This document shows, piece after piece, positions 41,250 through 53,652 of a DNA stretch of 64,000 nucleotides. How positions within the stretch are numbered: the stretch's first letter is position 1; each line of letters begins with the position of its first letter. The stretch is from Octopus vulgaris (Eukaryota), in the NCBI GenBank assembly GCA_951406725.2, contig OX597834.1:34410001-34474000 (forward strand), read 5' to 3'. The translations under genes and the position numbers were made by a program. The notes under the pieces were generated by a model. It had not been told where the DNA came from and searched no databases. It saw nothing but the letters and a program-made list of their open reading frames with translations.

Positions 41250-41610
41250 AATGTTCTCAACATATGTGGTGAGTGCATGGTTGGATGATCAATGTTTTCT
41301 ACATATGTGGCCAATGTCTGGCTGAATGGTCACTGTTTTCTAAATATGTAGTTAGTGCCAGGCTAAATGGTCAACTTTTTCGAAATATGTGGTCTTTGAT
41401 TAGTTAGTTGAATAGTCAATGTTCTTTGGTTATGTGGTCAGTGCCTGCATGAATGGTCAATGTTTTGCACAAGTGATCACTGCATGGCTGACTGGTTAGT
41501 GCTTTCTATATATGTAGTCAATACATGGTTGAATAGTCAATGGCTGAATGGTCAATGTTCTTCCCATAGATGATCAATGAATAGCCACTACTGAGTTGAG
41601 TGGTCAATGA
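41250..41610. repeat. Degenerate ~41-bp minisatellite, about 8 units
   Basis: Units resemble aatgttttctacatatgtggtcagtgcatggctgaatggtc. Confidence 0.85.
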
Positions 41611-43436
41611 GTGCAGGCATGACTGTAGCAAAGATGTTTTGTCTGCAAGAATGCAGTTTCAGGTTTGATCTAATTGCATAGCACCTTAGTTAAGTGGCTT
41701 CTACAAAAGCCTTGGATTGTCTCTTGGGTTACCACAGGAGAGGAATTCGGTTAATGGAAATAGTTCCTGTTCATCAGAGGACCTGTTCCTGTCTTTGATG
41801 GTAGAATTAAAGAGTTGCCTAGTTTAACACCACACATGGTCATTGGGTGCCTTTAGCAGAGCCCTCACTGTAGCAAGCATTTGAACCAGATTTATAGGTT
41901 GAGGGTAATTTCTTCTCTATTTCCTACCATTAATGGGGGTCCAGAAAACAATCATGGATTCTCTCCTTCTTCTGCTAAGTCAATGAAGAAATATATAATT
42001 GCAGGAAATGTATGACTCAGTATTATAAACAAATAAAAATTAATCAATAAAGGTAAAACAAAATTTGGATCAAGTATCTTCTATAAAATTTCAAGCCAAT
42101 CTTAACCTTATCAGTGAAACTGAGTTGACAGTTGTTATGAGAACCTAGTTAAATATACTGGACCTGTACTTTGTCACAGATGGTTCCATATCAAGTCTTT
42201 CTGAGAATTATATTTAGAGTACAAGTGCCTGTGGAATACTCACTCACATACATTGTAATGAAATGAGCAAGTAGTTTTGTTGATTGAACAACTGAAATTC
42301 TCATAATTAAAACTGATGTTTACCTATTGCTAATTACTATATCTACTATTATTATTACAGTACTCATATTAATACAGCTACTGCAATCACCAATGCTATT
42401 ACAACTATCAACACTAACTGTTACAGCCAACAACATCACTATCACAGGCACCAAAACTACCTTCTATATCCACCAACACTAACTTCATAATCATCGAAAT
42501 TTGAAATTATATTGCTCTATAGACATGTGACCTTATTTTTATTACCTTCTATTTTTTTTTCTGTGATTTCATTTATTACCTACTTATTTTATAGCAGATT
42601 ATAAATGTTCAATAGACTTGTCTCATATACTTAATTTCTAAAAAATTTGATAAAACAGTGACATTTCAACAACAATAAAAATTAAATAATTTTTCGTTAG
42701 TTTATCTTTGAAGAGAAAAATCTAAAGATTTTCATTTGAATACTTTCTAAGAAACCAGAAACTTTAGTGTCTCAAGAGAAAAAAAAACAAGCAAGCCAGC
42801 GTAATAAAAACAGTGGCAGCTAAATTTTGGGTTGGTTGGATATGTTGTAGTGGTTTACAATAATTTTTTCACATCAACATTACTAAGCATCTTTATAACT
42901 AGCACATTATATCTGATTTGACATGCAAGTTTTTGTTAGTCCCAGATGAAACCTTATTGAGCATATTGTGTGTTTTTTTTAAAACTTGCTTAACTAGAAG
43001 AGAAACAAGTAGTGTCCATGATCCTTCTCAGAGCTTCTGAAACTAGTGGGAGAAAGGGAGGAAGTTATTCTTAGATTGTAATCTTGGCCTGAATGCTTGC
43101 AACACAGTGGACTCCAGTAAAGGCACCAAAGGATCATGTAGTGATGCTAAGCCAGGTGATGGAGCTTCCAAATTACACTTAAAAGGCTTTGGTTGATCTA
43201 AGGCTTGGCTCTGTCAATTACAATGTCAAGGGTTCCAGTTGATCTAATCAAAGAAACAACCAACTCATGAAATTAATGTGCAAGTAGTTGAGCACTCCCC
43301 AGACACACATGCCCTTAACATGTGACACGGCTGGCCATTTGAATTAAAGGTACAACTGATTTTTGCCAGCTGAGTGGATGGGAGCAGCATAATATAAAAT
43401 ATCTTGCTCAAGGACACAATGTACTGCGAGAAATCA

Positions 43437-43627
43437 AACAAGGACAGACAAACGGATTAAGTTGATTATATCGACCCCAGTGCATAACTGGTACTTATTT
43501 AATCGACCCCGAAAGGATGAAAGGCAAAGTTGACCTCGGCGGAATTTGGACTCAGAACGTAGCGGCAGGCGAAATACCGCTAAGCATTTCGCCCGGCGTG
43601 CTAACAATTCTGTCAGCTCACCACCTT
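43437..43627 (-). mobile_element. Young SINE family B copy nested inside an older SINE
   Basis: CpG-intact tcgaccccgaaaggatgaaaggcaaagttgacctcggcggaattt...ctcagaacgt...gctaagcatttcgcccggcgtgctaac; halves of the host SINE lie at about 43225-43436 and 43631-43675. Confidence 0.88.
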
Positions 43628-43699
43628 ATTTGCCATGAGCTAAATACCCTAACCACTAAGCTACTCACCTTCACTTGATTTAAGGCCGTACAGAAGGAT

Positions 43700-44300
43700 C
43701 AAACTTGAATTCATATAGATGCTAAAAGAACTTCTTCACCATGCAGTCATCTCAGCACCAAATGATTCAGTCAACCCAAACTATAGCATATAATCAGATA
43801 TTTTACACTATTTTACAATGATGCCTTACAACTGTCATAAGTATCCTTTTTCAAGAAGCAGACTGCATGAGACATGGCTCATCATCAGGCAAGCTGCACT
43901 ACTAAAAAAGAAATTGAAGGCAATTTTTCATTAGGCATGCCATTCAGAAGGTCCCACAGGCTGCAGTTTGTCCATGAATGCCTTAGAAGATTCATTTACA
44001 ACTAGAACTGAATCTAGTGATTCAGTGAATCAACAGCTATTTCTCACTGACAAAGAAAAAGGAGAAACTGTTTTTAACAATTTAAGCACCAACTGCAGTT
44101 TGAACCCTCAGGGTGATGATGGGAGCATGGAGGAAATTAAAGAATTTAGCTGGTCAGGTTTGTGATCAAAGGAATACCAAGAGCCCATCTTCAGCAATGT
44201 ATTTATAATGCCTGGGTCAGAGCGCTCTTCATACACGAAGCTAAAATAGATCCATGGAAAGAAGCTGGGCTGGTTCCATCATAAAGTAAAGCAGGACTCA
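43700..44300 (-). pseudogene. Possible ancient LINE ORF2 linker relic
   Basis: Across frameshifts, the minus strand gives PW-like and HPEGS-like fragments resembling LINE endonuclease-RT linkers; weak evidence. Confidence 0.25.
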
Positions 44301-45037
44301 AATATGTACAGATTTATTATTACCATTATTATTAGTATGATTATTATTATTATTATTATTTGCAGCAGCAGCAGTAGCAGTAGCAGTAGTAGTAGTAGTA
44401 TTTCTTTTTCTTTTTAAATCAATATGTTGTTTGAAGAAAATTTCAAAATGGAAACTGCTCATTGTTTTGTTCTTTAAGTGATATTTTATTCAAAGGTAAA
44501 ATTTACAAGGCCATTTCCATCCAATATTGAAATTTTATAGTCAGATCTTTTGAAAACAGTCAAGTATAGAAAATAATTCTAGAGTTCTTCTTTTAACTCT
44601 TAAAAAGACTATTGCTGTATATTATGCAAAAATCATACAATATGTAATTTAAAAAAAAAATGTGATAGTGTTTTATGTGTATATCTTTGATGCCTTAAAG
44701 CCACTTAGCTTTGCTTTAACTCATTTCTTCACATATTTACAGATTTAATACAACAAATTATAATTTTTTTTCCATTTTTAAATCTATAATGTGGCTTAAT
44801 AGCAGGTTTTGGACCAAAGACAAGAAACTTTGATCTGTTGATATATAAGGATGATTTTATGGCACTTCAATTCATTGATTACTATGTCACAGCTTCATTA
44901 AAGTTTACTTTTATAAAAAGAACTAAAGGTTTATTGTTTATCAACAGACAAGCTATCCAGCAAAATGCTACTCCATATTTTCAACTTTATTAAACCAAAT
45001 ACCCACATCTGATATTATTAATTACCATAAGATAGAT

Positions 45038-45754
45038 TATAAGAACGTAATGAAAAATAAAATCACATTGCTTCAGGTAATTGATGTCAAATCATTTAGG
45101 TTAAACTTTGCCAAAACAAGCATATCTTAACTGCTGTAATTACAGTAAATGGCTTTTAAAGCTTTGTTGCAGCTACCATGATTGGTGGGGTTAGCTTTGA
45201 TTCTAATGACATTACTTTTAAGACTGTTGTTGCTTCTTGCAAGGTTGCCATGAGACTGAAGTTAATTCTGACTTAACCCCCTTTCATGGCAAACCTCCAT
45301 ATCAGAGTTAACCCTAGTCTCATCTAACCTTACGAGGGTTAACTGCAATTTCATGGTAACCCCACTACAATTAATTAATCTCATGGCAACTCCCAGCAGA
45401 GTTAACCTCAGTTTCATGGTTAACCCAGCAAAGTTAACCACAATCTCCTGTTAACTCCACCAGAGTTAATCACAATTTCATGGTAATCTCAACTTACCCT
45501 AAGTTTCATGGCAACCTCAACAGAGTTAGCTGTAGTCTTATGGTAGCCTCACTAGAAACAACTTCAATTTTAAAGATGAAGACACCAGAATCAAAGCTGA
45601 CCTCATCAATGACGGTAGCAACAACAGAGTTTTAAAAGCCATTTACTGCGATTACAGCAGTTACAATTTGCTTGTTTTGGCAAAGTTTAACCCAAATGAT
45701 TAGACATCAATTACCTGAAGCAATGTGATTTTTATCTTTCAGTATGTTCTTATA
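45038..45754. mobile_element. Foldback-like element: about 230-bp imperfect inverted arms around a ~32-bp tandem repeat
   Basis: Left tataagaac...aatcacattgcttcaggtaattgatgtc...ttaaactttgccaaaacaagc matches the reverse complement of about 45520-45754. Internal units resemble catggtaac...cagagttaac...aattt. Confidence 0.75.
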
Positions 45755-46138
45755 GTTATTAATACTGTTTTTGAAAATAGCTTTTGGCCCAGGTGTGAAC
45801 AAACCAATTATAGATACTTAATCCTTCACAAGCCCACTTCTCTTTCTTTCATTTCAGACTCTTTCTTTTGGCTACAATCCCAGATGAAAAGGGGCCATAA
45901 ATGTAATTTGAACAGTAAATTTGAGTTAAATGGAATTTACTGATACATGCTATACAATTTATGGTTTTAAATGTATCAAATTTATGTCACTCTGCTGCTA
46001 TCATTCCAACTGGATAACAATGATAATGGTTAAAACTGATGATTTTATTCTAGGATTTATTGCAAAATATACCAGAATTTCTTTACATTTTTATATTTGA
46101 TTAAATAAAAACCATAATATATCTATATGTATATGTGA

Positions 46139-46176
<38 letters not shown>

Positions 46177-46619
46177 CAAAACTTTAATTCACAGAAAAAC
46201 ATCACCAACATTAGCTACTTATATCAAGAGAGGAATACTTGCTAAATTTCCCTCATATAATACTCTGCTGTCTTAGTGAAATGAAGGACAAAGATATTGT
46301 AGTCCAAGATACTCTTATAAAAACAGGATGGTCACTGCTGGAATGTCTTGACCACTGGTCTTCTCAATTAGGGCTGACACAAGGTTAAACAACAAATTAT
46401 ATTCATGACAAAAACAACTGAGTCAGATTCTAAACTGTTCATTTTAAATATCTAAGCTACTATTATGAATTAAATTGGATAGCTGGATATTCTACAATAT
46501 TTACTCTTCCAGCAATATGTGTTTGTTTGAGTGTGTGTACACATGGGAACATGCTAGATGGGCACACATGGTGCTCACTTAGCATTGGCATGTCTGTATT
46601 GTTAAGAAGTTCACAGTAC

Positions 46620-47286
46620 TTTATTCTACCAACTGGTACTTTATTTCATTGACTCTAAAAGGATGAAAGGCAAAGTAGATTACAACAGAATTTGAACTCA
46701 GAAGATAAAGAGCTGGATGAAATATCACTGAGCATTTTTTCCAATATGGAAAGAATTCTGCCTATTCATCACCTCACCACCTTAATAATAACAACAACAC
46801 CAATCCTTTCTACTATCGACATAAAGCCTGAAATTTTGAGGTGGGGAGCTAGTTGATTACATTGACCTCAGTACGTGGTTAGTATTTATTCTATCGACCC
46901 CAAAAGATTATCTCTGAAAGGGTACAAGGCAAAATCAACCTTGGCAGTGTTTGAACTCAGAATGTAAAGCTGAAAGAAATGCAGTTAAGCATTTTGTCCA
47001 GTTTGCTTATGATTCTGCCACCCCAGCATTTTAATAATATTAATAATAATACTTTCAAATTTTGGCACAGGGACAGGAGTTTCTGAGGGGAGGGGGAAGT
47101 TGATTACATTGACCCCAGTGCTTGATTGGTATTCATTTCATTGAAACCAAAAGGATGAAAGGCAAAGTTGATCTTTGGGGAATTTGAACTCAGAGCAGTA
47201 AAGATGGGTGAAATGCTGCTATGTATTTTGCCCAACATGCTAATGATTCTGCCAGCTCGTCACTTTATTATTATTATTATTATTAT

Positions 47287-47341
<55 letters not shown>

Positions 47342-47535
47342 GTTTCAAATTTTGGTACAAGGTCAACAACTCTGGGGAGGGGATAAGTCAATTACATCAA
47401 CCCCAGTACTTGATTGGTACTTAATTTATTGAACCCAAAAGGATGAAAGGCAAAGTCAACCATGGTGGAATTTGAACTCAGAATGTAAAGATGGACGAAA
47501 TACTAATAAGTGGTTTATCCAGTATGCCACACTAA
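46620..47535 (-). mobile_element. Head-to-tail array of about 4 family-B SINEs separated by AAT-rich tracts
   Basis: The core recurs near 46661, 46926, 47153 and 47441. Confidence 0.85.
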
Positions 47536-47543
47536 TAATAATA

Positions 47544-47623
<80 letters not shown>

Positions 47624-48627
47624 AAGAAGAAGAAGAATCTGATAATAATATAACAACCCACACAAATTATACTCAATGTAATCACCACCTGACACTAAAA
47701 CATATTACACAACCTACACATCACATATTTTATTCAATCACCATCTGACACCAAAACACTACTCACATTGCACATATTCTACACAACAAACAGACAAAAC
47801 ACTGAAATAACACCATGAACAACTCTACAACCCCTAAAGACAATGCTGCACACACCTCAGAAACAAGGAAGTGCACCTGATGATTCAGTAGAAACTCACA
47901 TGAAAATGTTGAAAACACAATAATAATAACTGCCTCAATAACAAAGGAAGAAGAGAAAGAGGAGGAAGCGGAGGAGGCGGGGGAGGAGGAAAAGAAAATC
48001 TAGTTAATCCCACATGAAAGAAGATAGTGATTGACAAATTAAAATAATAAGAATAATAATTAGGTTCTTTAAACCATTATGCTTTGGAATGAAGAAGGGG
48101 AGAAGTGTATGATAGCAAGGAGAAAAAAGTACAAAAAAAAGAAAGGACAAGAAAAAGAAAAAGATACAGAAAAAAACACTGAAGGAACTAATATGAAAAA
48201 GACACACTGACATATACAAACAAACACACACACACACACACACACATACATACACACATACATGCACACACACACACACAAGTGTAGATATACACACAAT
48301 TCAACATATAGCTAATTCTTTTTCTTACAAACACAAACACAGTTATACACATACAACACAAACACATACACACACCTAACCACACAATTATACATTTTAT
48401 TCATTTATTTATTTATTTTATACCACAATTGGTGAACAGCAGTACCATTGATTACAGGTTTCAAATGGGTGAATCACTGATTCACAGCATTTATGATGAT
48501 GACAGTGGCAAGAGAGTGCCTATAACTTGGTGCAAAGTGCAAAGCTATGTTAGAATTCATTCCCATGAAGTACTGTGTTAGAAAAATCACAAGATTCTGT
48601 AGCAATATTTGCATCCTTTAAAACATC

Positions 48628-48838
48628 GAGTTGGTAGAATTGTTAGTACACCAGACAAAATGCTTAGCAGAATTTCATCTGTCTTTATGTTCTGAGTTCA
48701 AATTTTTCTGAGGTTGACTTTACCTTTCATCCTTTTGAGGTTGACAAAATAAGTACCAGTTGAGCACTAGGGTTGATGTAATCAACCTGCCCTTCCCTGA
48801 ATCTGCAGGCCTTGTGCTAAAATTTGAAATGAATATTT
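48628..48838 (+). mobile_element. Family-B SINE, forward orientation
   Basis: gttctgagttcaaatt...gaggttgactttacctttcatccttttgaggttgacaaaataagtaccag. Other forward copies near 58405, 58535, 58850, 60070 and 61460. Confidence 0.85.
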
Positions 48839-49144
48839 GCATCCTTTACTCGATAAACATTATTGCTGAAAGATGTGCGTGTGTGTGTGTTACTGGCTTT
48901 TCTACAGTTTCCATCTACCAAATTCCGTTCGCAACATGCTGGTTTAACATGAAGCTGTTAGAATTCACTTACCTAATATGCCGTGCAATGAGGACAAATA
49001 CATAACAATATGATTATGAAGAAACTTGTTAACCACACAGCCATGAAGCAAAAAAAGATAAAATTAGAAAAAAAAACAATTAAACCTGGTTTTCTGCTCA
49101 CAGTCAATAAAATAGTGAAGACAGTTGGTACTGGTTAGTATAAG

Positions 49145-49720
49145 CTAATTCATGTTCTGAAATTGGTCACTGCAGTACTAAACTGTTTTGGAACTGATCC
49201 AATAGTATTATTACTATAGTCTAATAGTACTTCCCTATAGTATTATTACTGTGTTCTGGAACTAATCACTAGGGTAATCTATATATATAAAACTGAGAAT
49301 GTGTGTCTGTCTGTATGTATGTCTGTATGTGTGCATCACTAAAACTCAAGAACTATCCAAACGATTTCATTCAAGTTTTTCGCATGCCTTACTTAGGGTC
49401 CAAGGAGTGTCATGGGCCAAAACCATTTTCAACTTCTTGCCTAATGCGAGCCTGGAGCAAACTCTTATCTCTTACACTGTTTCGGTATTACGTGTCAAAA
49501 GTGAAACAATACTCTATATTCTGATAATGGTCACTACAGCACTATAGTTATGTTTTGGAACTGGGTACTATAGTACTACACAACTATGTTCTGACGCTTG
49601 TCAGTACAGTATTATACTATGTTCTGAAACTAGTCACTACAGTTCTATACAATATACTGGTAGCAGTCAAGTCACTTCAACACTTCATCATATTCTGGAA
49701 CACTACAGCACCATACTAAC
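49145..49720. repeat. Degenerate ~33-bp minisatellite interrupted by the Helitron-like insert
   Basis: tatgttctggaactggtcactacagtacta recurs on both sides of 49278-49520. Confidence 0.8.
49278..49520 (+). mobile_element. Helitron/DINE-1/Lep1-like 5' fragment inserted in a minisatellite
   Basis: A|TCTATATATATAAAA followed by a GTCT/GTAT microsatellite, then CpG-bearing sequence; no CTRR 3' end seen. Confidence 0.55.
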
Positions 49721-49821
49721 TTTTGATAGTACTAAAGGGCCATGTGGGGGTAATGTTGACATACATGAGGGTGCATGTGAAGGTACATTTCACATTAGCT
49801 AAAAATAGGTATCATATAAAG

Positions 49822-50052
49822 CAGTGTTTCTCAACCAGGGTCCATATGGCCCTTGGGGGTTCATATGAAATCTTGTTATTAAAATTTACATGCAATAAAT
49901 TGCTTATAGTTTGTGATATACAATTACTAGTAATATTCTATTACAAAAATACAGTGAGATTTTTTTTTAAACATCGAATGGCTATGGCAGTCCAGTAGAC
50001 TAAAATAGGAATGAAAGAGAGCCATAGGCTAAAAATGGTTGAGAACCAGCTG
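49822..50052. mobile_element. hAT (Charlie/Buster-type) MITE
   Basis: Termini CAGTGTTTCTCAACC ... GGTTGAGAACCAGCTG match CAGTGGTTCTCAA-type TIRs; the 8-bp TSD is not preserved. Confidence 0.7.
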
Positions 50053-50384
50053 AAAATAGAAACCATGATGTAGTATAGTTCATATTGTTTGAAAATATCT
50101 ATCATGTGGTGACAAAGATAGAGTTAGTTTTAGTGACCTTGTAGAGACACAACTCACAGCTTTAAATAAGTATCATTAGCAGTATAGACTGCATAACTGG
50201 AAAGGAACCAAAGACAATTCATCTAAAGTCCATTGCTATAAGCAGCAAGAGCACTATGCAATCAATTAATGTTCTATCATCTGAGGTTACAGCGCAAATG
50301 GTTAAATCTTGCAAACAGTACTATAGAGTAAAACATATCTGAACTAAGAAACAGTCAAACAACTGGCTAACTGGCCCAATATCA

Positions 50385-50830
50385 TGCTTGAGTGTGAGTA
50401 CAAATACATACTAATCAAGTGAGTGAGTAATTCATGAGGGGGAGGGGAAATATTGGTTGATTAAGTGAGTAATACTTCAGTGTAAGGGCAAATAAACATT
50501 GATTAACACTTGAGGGTGAAGGCAAATAAATACTGAATGAGATTTTGGGAAGGGCAAATAAATATGGATTGGTTGAGTGACACATGATTATGAGGGAAAA
50601 AAAGATTGAGTGATACTTGAGGGTGAGAATAAATAATTAAATTGACTGAGAGATTCTTGAGTATGAGAGCAAACAGATATTGACTGAATGTGTGAGTGAT
50701 ACATGAGCATGAAGGCTAATAAATAGAAATTAAATGAATGATATTTTAGTGAGTAGAAATAATGCTGAGTGACACTTTAGTGTGAGGGTAAATGAATATT
50801 GATTCATTGATTGATTGGTTATACTCAAAT
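50385..50830. repeat. Degenerate ~42-bp minisatellite
   Basis: gagtgatacttgagggtgagggcaaataaatattgattga recurs through the region. Confidence 0.8.
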
Positions 50831-51864
50831 GGACAAATATCACAAAAACAGATACCCAATAGAAAGATGAAAGCTGGAAATGGGGTGGGGTGAGGTGAGG
50901 GTTTCTATAAAGTAATAAGAGACACAGTTAATAGAGTACAGCTTCTCTATCAATTAAGAGTAAAAAATATATATATCCATCATCAAGAATTCATTTTTTT
51001 TTTGTAGAAGAGGAGGGAGTAGTTTGTCTTTTTTTAAATTTACATTTATCATATTCCTTTTAAAAGTGATTTGACTTCTTTTTTTTCGGTATTTTTCTAA
51101 TTTTAAAAGCAAAAAAAAAAGTTGTTAATAACTAATGTAAATTGTATTGCATGTTGCTGGTTATTACTTAATTTTTTTTTAATGAAGGTAATCTAGTTCA
51201 GATAATACATATTGTGTGTGCGTGCGTGTGTGTGTAAACACATGCGCATACATACAAATTTACATATACATATGCTGACATGCATATATACGTATATATT
51301 CTTAATAATTGTTTCACAGGTTTTAGTTATTGGACTTCAGCTATTCTGGTTGGTCGTAATGAACCAAGTACTTATTTATGTCTGATACATAATTTATCAA
51401 TATATATTTTGCTGATTGGCTGAGACCATTTTTTAACCTTACATAGACAAGTCAACCAACATTAAAGAGAGAAAGAGAATGGTTGTATGAGAGAGTGTAA
51501 AATAGTGAGAAAGAGAGAAATATTCCGGTCATGACTACCTCATCTTTTTCTTATGTACAGGTTACCCAGGATTACATTATCCAACATAACTTTTATAAAG
51601 TGATAGAGTGAGAATTAATGATTTGGTTGCAGCAAACTGAGAATGATTTGCTCATAGAATTGTTCCTTCAAACAAAAGCAACAACCTATTAGAAACTACA
51701 GATGACTGAACATAAAACTAACACACAGATACACACACAAGCATACTTGCATGCAAACAGACATGCACATGTGCTCACAGCTGCCTTTCACTAACTTCCT
51801 CTGTGTATGTTTTCATCATAGTATATATATATATATATATGTATTTACACATACACATACATAC

Positions 51865-51906
<42 letters not shown>

Positions 51907-52388
51907 CAGAGAGAGAGAAAGTAATATAATATAGATAGGTATGTAAATAGATAAACAAAAATTTATAGACATGCATACATATTGCCGCATATCTATCAAT
52001 TATTCATTAGTATATTGTGGGGTGGGTGACTTTTCTTTTTTTGTGTTTTTTTTTCACTTGTTGAGTCCAGCAGAAGTGGCCATGACCTTTGCAACCCCCC
52101 CTCCCAAGATCAGTGAGATTGATGCTATTAATGCACTATTTAAATTGTTGCAAGTCAACACAGGCTGGGAAAACAAGGGTGAGCAAAAATATAAACACAC
52201 AAAGTTGATACTCAAATAATAATTGTGAATTTTCACTGTGTCAAAATTATATTTTTAGTGTATTTCCTATGTATGTATACACACATATATGTTTGTAGGT
52301 ATCTTGTAAGTTTGTATGTACATATAATGTATATATGAAATTTAAGTTAGTTAAAATAAGTTTGTGACATATTTTTACTTCTAAATAC

Positions 52389-52565
52389 AAATTCACTGCA
52401 GTTACCACAAAGAAAAAATTCTCTCTTATAGTAAAAGGTGTAAAAATACCATATCTGCCCATTGCTTCCCTCTAGCAGATTACCAGAAGTGTGGGGCAGA
52501 TATGGTGTTCTTATACCTTTTACCATAAGAGTGGATTTTTTCTCCATATTAACTGCAATGAATTT
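52389..52565 (-). ncRNA. Hairpin with about 80-bp stem and about 17-nt loop; candidate intronic pre-miRNA, hpRNA or ADAR substrate
   Basis: aaattcactgcagtta...ctcttatagtaaaaggtgtaaaaataccatatctgccc pairs with gggcagatatggtgttcttataccttttaccataagag...taactgcaatgaattt. The hairpin is directly visible; any RNA function is inference. Confidence 0.35.
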
Positions 52566-53393
52566 CCTTTCAGGTTAAATCCATATATAACAACCATCTT
52601 TCGAATTTTAGGTACCATGATAAGAGACATTAAACAACCCTTTCAGCTTTAATCTGGAAACTTAAAGATGAAGGGACCAGTTTTGAAAATCCTCTCCAAA
52701 TCCAGACCCTATATTAACAGGCCCATAAAATGTATCTCTTAAAAAATTTGAGAGCCTCCAACAAATGCATAATTTCAAAGAAAACAAATTTTTCTGCATT
52801 TCCACATTAAAAGAAATACATGTTGTTGAAATTTAAAAGTAGGCCACTGGACACTCAGTAGAGCATTAACATCTTGTTTACATCTGCTTGACATTGAATA
52901 GTTGTAACATTGGTTATCTCCTTTTTGTTTTTGTTTTTTTCCTCTTTGCTTCTTTACTAGCATCACTTGTTTAAATGTTATCTGCTCAAAAGACAACTGA
53001 CTAATGGTCTTGTTCTCAGCTTAGTAATTGGCAAATTAAATTATTACTTTGACCAGGAAACCTCAGGTAGCTGTATTTACAAGATCTGTGGTTTTTTATT
53101 AAAAGATTATATATATATATTGTATTTCAGGGTGGTCATTTTTTTTTGCCAAATAAACACACACACTATACATTTTTTTAGAAGAACAGAATGGAGCAAG
53201 TGGAGCAAGAACACACACAAAAATTAAAAGTGTCACTGAAAAGGTCACAGATGTGTGACGAAAGATTTCTAGACAATGGACATGAATTAAAATAATAAAA
53301 TAAGAACAGCAATAAATGAGTGAAGGTAAAATATATATTGCGTGAGTTTATTTGGTAAAAAAAAAGAAATCTTGCAATACAAGTTGATAACCG

Positions 53394-53450
<57 letters not shown>

Positions 53451-53601
53451 GATATAGGATAAAATTTATATATATATATATATATAAACAGGGCGGGTAC
53501 AGGGTGAGTCCATTAAATAACCAAAGTTATTATTATTGGAAAATGGAAGCAAGTTTCCCGATAAACCTGAATTCTGTACAATTTCTTTCACACACATGCA
53601 T

Positions 53602-53652
<51 letters not shown>

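Noticed and set aside
52775-52996. ORF containing KFQQH, reminiscent of SCAI KLWKFQQQHR
   Set aside because: There is no surrounding similarity and no suitable splice sites.
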